Below, piece by piece: positions 61,050-64,000 of a stretch of 64,000 bases of DNA. Origin of the DNA: Raillietiella orientalis (taxonomy: Eukaryota); the NCBI GenBank assembly GCA_036172245.1, contig JAYWIR010000018.1, forward strand, positions 1,550,001 through 1,614,000, written 5' to 3'. Below the pieces are notes generated by a model that saw only the letters and a list, made by a program, of their open reading frames with translations, was not told the DNA's origin and searched no databases. Within the stretch, counting starts at the first letter, position 1; every line of letters starts with the position of its first letter. The translations under genes and the position numbers were made by a program.

Positions 61050-61760
61050 ATCATTAATATTTTATACTTTTATGGTATCCATAAATCAAAGCACATCTGA
61101 ATTTCTCTTCCTAAGCTGCAATTACCGAAGTTATATACAATAAAAGCGTAATAAAAATGCGTTTAGCGAAGTAATAATTAGTAAAGTAAAATATATGTTG
61201 TTTCTCAGGTCTAAGCGAATATTTATGCTATGTCACCGCATAAATATTACATCCAAAGAGCCATACTTGAAACTGCATATTAATTTAATTTAATTAATTT
61301 AATACTTGAATAATGAACGAATTTACGCAACCGGAGTGGATGGGATGTGGACACGGAACTCGTACGGGTCGGCTTCAAAATCCTGGAAGATCATAAATGA
61401 CACGTATTGATGCATATACTGATCTTTATATATATATATATATATATATATTCACATATATATATATATATGTGAATGTACATAACACGAAATGCATTTA
61501 TTTTTTATAATCTTCATGATATATACTGATCTTTATCAGTATATATAATTAGCACATGTATTTATTTTTCTATAATCTTTAACATATACATATATATATA
61601 TATATCAGCAATATAATCAACAAGTTATTCATTTTATTAATAAAATGTGTCACTGGATCTTAATGAATACATTCGCTGCAATCATGTTACTGTTAATAAC
61701 ACGTATGTTAATAAATACGGATAACCATGCATATCGAAATGAATTTGTGTATCCATCTAT
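61050..61760. repeat. AT-rich island with (TA)n tracts, palindromes and a short duplication
   Basis: Abrupt drop in GC. (TA)n at ~61428-61471; ATATACTGATCTTTAT occurs at 61414 and 61521. Confidence 0.85.
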
Positions 61761-63900
61761 GAAGAATAAGCGTACACGTTTTCTCTTTTGTGGCCTTTCG
61801 AGATTCTGATCGGCACCGACCATCCGCGTGTGGCTGCGCACCTGCCGCAGAAGATGAGGAATCCACCAAAGGTGCAAGAAGAGCGTCGCATTGGCTCAAG
61901 CAAAGGGAGACCATAACGGCAGTCCCCTTGGCTAGAGAAGAGCGAGTTTCCCGCGTGGAGGAGGAGCAGAATCTCGTCGCGTAATGCATTCCCTCGCCGA
62001 GACCATCTGCAGTTACTCCATATGGACCGTGGCGCATGGAAGCAAGAGATGAGGTTCGGGAACGTAGGCCGACAATCAAAAGATAAAAATTTCCGCAAGG
62101 AACATTCAGCATCCTGATGTGCACGTTCCATTATTTGAACCCGTTCGGCTGGCATCGGAAACCTCCTCTCCCCAAGCGTATTTGTTTTATTCTCTGTTGG
62201 ATTCATGCTCTTTAGAATTCAGAGGTCAAGTGTCCTTACCTTCCAGCCAGTGAGTCAAACGATTTCATTACTGAGATCCAACTGAATTTGGCAGGAATCC
62301 CAGCCATTTGTTTAAAGGGATCTCCTCCGAATTCCTTAAAGTACCATGGAGATCATTACATTGACTGTTTGTTGATTTATTGCTTTTCTCAATTTAATTC
62401 ATTTCTTTGGATGGTGCTCTGCGCTTCCGTCATCCCGATGTTTTTTTTTTTTTTTTTTCGTCCTCGCCAAAGGCCCCCCCTCCGCGCTGAGAGCAACTCC
62501 GCTCTCCACGTTTCCGGAAACGCACGTAGGACCACCGTCAGCACCGTCGGTTTCGAAAAGGATCCTACTGGGATGAATCCACTCACTCAGTGAAGCGGGG
62601 AAGTCTTGAATTCCTTCTCCTCTTCGGCCTTCGGTGTACAACATCCCGAAAGACTGGTCTGTACAGAGTTCCCTTCCGAAGAGGGGATTTTCCGAAAGAA
62701 GGACGACGAACATAGTTGCCGAGATGTTGTCTAACAGTGTAGGGGGATTAGCCTAGTCAAAATGGACCTTCCCCCCTTATGTGCGGAGGATTAGTTATTG
62801 GTTATCCTCTGATACATTTCAGAGCATCTTAAAGACACGAGAAGGCATGAAGTGATCCGGAGGAACTTACACGGACACGCTGCTCCAGTCTCGCAGCCGC
62901 ACTCGTGGTAAATCCTACAGAAAGTCTCCAGGCTAATTATGAAGGACATTACTCGGGATGGAAGCTGCGAGAGCCAAGCCTAATGTATCTGAAAGCCGAC
63001 GGTACATAACTCGTGCTGGTTAAGATGGTGGTGGGCTGAGGTCGAACTGCGCTCATGAAGAACAGGTGACTGCTTCCCGGAGCTGCTCGAGACGAATCTT
63101 CAGCCCATCCAACCTCCACGTGGCCTACACCGTTGAGGGCAGGCCGCCTGCTGAGAGGCAATGGAGGAGGGATGCTTCCCGCAAGGATTCAGCATTTCCT
63201 TTTCTTCATCCTTCCGTTCCACCAGTGCTTTTGGATGCCACGCATCTACTGCGGAGGGGGCAAACGAAGCCGGGAGTGTTCAAGAGGGAGCGAAACCCAA
63301 CGTCCTCTTTTTCCAGCATCGACTCAACTCGAAAGAGCTGAGGCCATCGTAGGATGCCACCGGTTCTTCTGAAACCCCAGGTGTCCTTTTTCGGGACACA
63401 AGAAGAATTCTCATCCAGACTTGGAATCCCGTCGCTTCCCTGTTGCAGAAAGGGGATGTCCGCTTCTGCAACCGGGGAGCCACAGGAAGAGGATGTTACG
63501 AACTCAAACACAGGATCCATAAAGAAGTTCCATCGGGGTTCCGGATGACTGATGGGTTGGAATGTCTTCTCTCGTCTGCAATGCTGTGAATGATTCTTAA
63601 TCTTCGCGCTAACCAGACTGGTAAGCGAGCCGAACCTTCCGTTGTTCCTCAGAGCCCGTGCAACTCACAGTTGGGACAGGAAGATGTCCCCTTGTTGATC
63701 CGCATGGAATCTGGAAAATTACGTCAGTGGAGATCCGAGGTAGCAGATTCATGGACTGACCAGCTTTCATGATTGGAAAATCAATAACTCATCATCTCTC
63801 CTGCGCTCGAAAACAGAAAGGAGCAGCACCTCGCGACACGCTTTCAGCTGAAGCAGCGACTCGAACCAGAGCAGCTTTTTCTGCTAATTTCCCTCCCTGG
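61750..63900 (-). mobile_element. Decayed LINE ORF2 (APE endonuclease to RT N-half)
   Basis: DENS...TWGFRRTG...LLNTPG (~63270-63420), PGSSHL (~63070; GSDH), RFP..DCRPTFPNLIS (~62050-62165), VMVSLCLS (~61910). Confidence 0.55.
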
Positions 63901-64000
63901 TTCTTCCAGAAAGCAGTCAAGCCTCCGTGCCCCTTTTCGAAATCCGTCGCCCAGTGGACCGTGTCTTGTGAGACAGTTCGGATTTGTCCCATCAGTTTGC

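Overview
Eukaryotic DNA from an animal, probably a protostome; the H2B N-terminus looks arthropod-like. I can support only one intact protein-coding gene: a 4-exon PIM-family Ser/Thr kinase (+, 9572-11305, 441 aa). It has very short introns, a readable promoter (perfect C-MARE, three CREs, CCAAT, TCAGT initiator) and an AU-rich 3' UTR. The rest is a gene-poor region holding many heavily decayed non-LTR retrotransposon (LINE) fossils and a probable Helitron PIF1-helicase fossil. A histone H2B pseudogene sits directly 5' of a truncated LINE on the same strand. The most notable observations are: (1) the PIM kinase has Phe instead of the family-defining hinge Pro; (2) it carries a near-perfect PIM substrate motif in its own N-terminus; (3) the H2B-LINE junction may be a chimera; (4) an orphan CRE-TATA-Inr unit at ~36.7-37.2 kb has only small ORFs; (5) a 30-bp-arm hairpin lies at 50.93-50.99 kb. 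All TE calls come from motif remnants read by eye, so their boundaries are approximate. Almost all long ORFs in the ORF track are artefacts of high GC.
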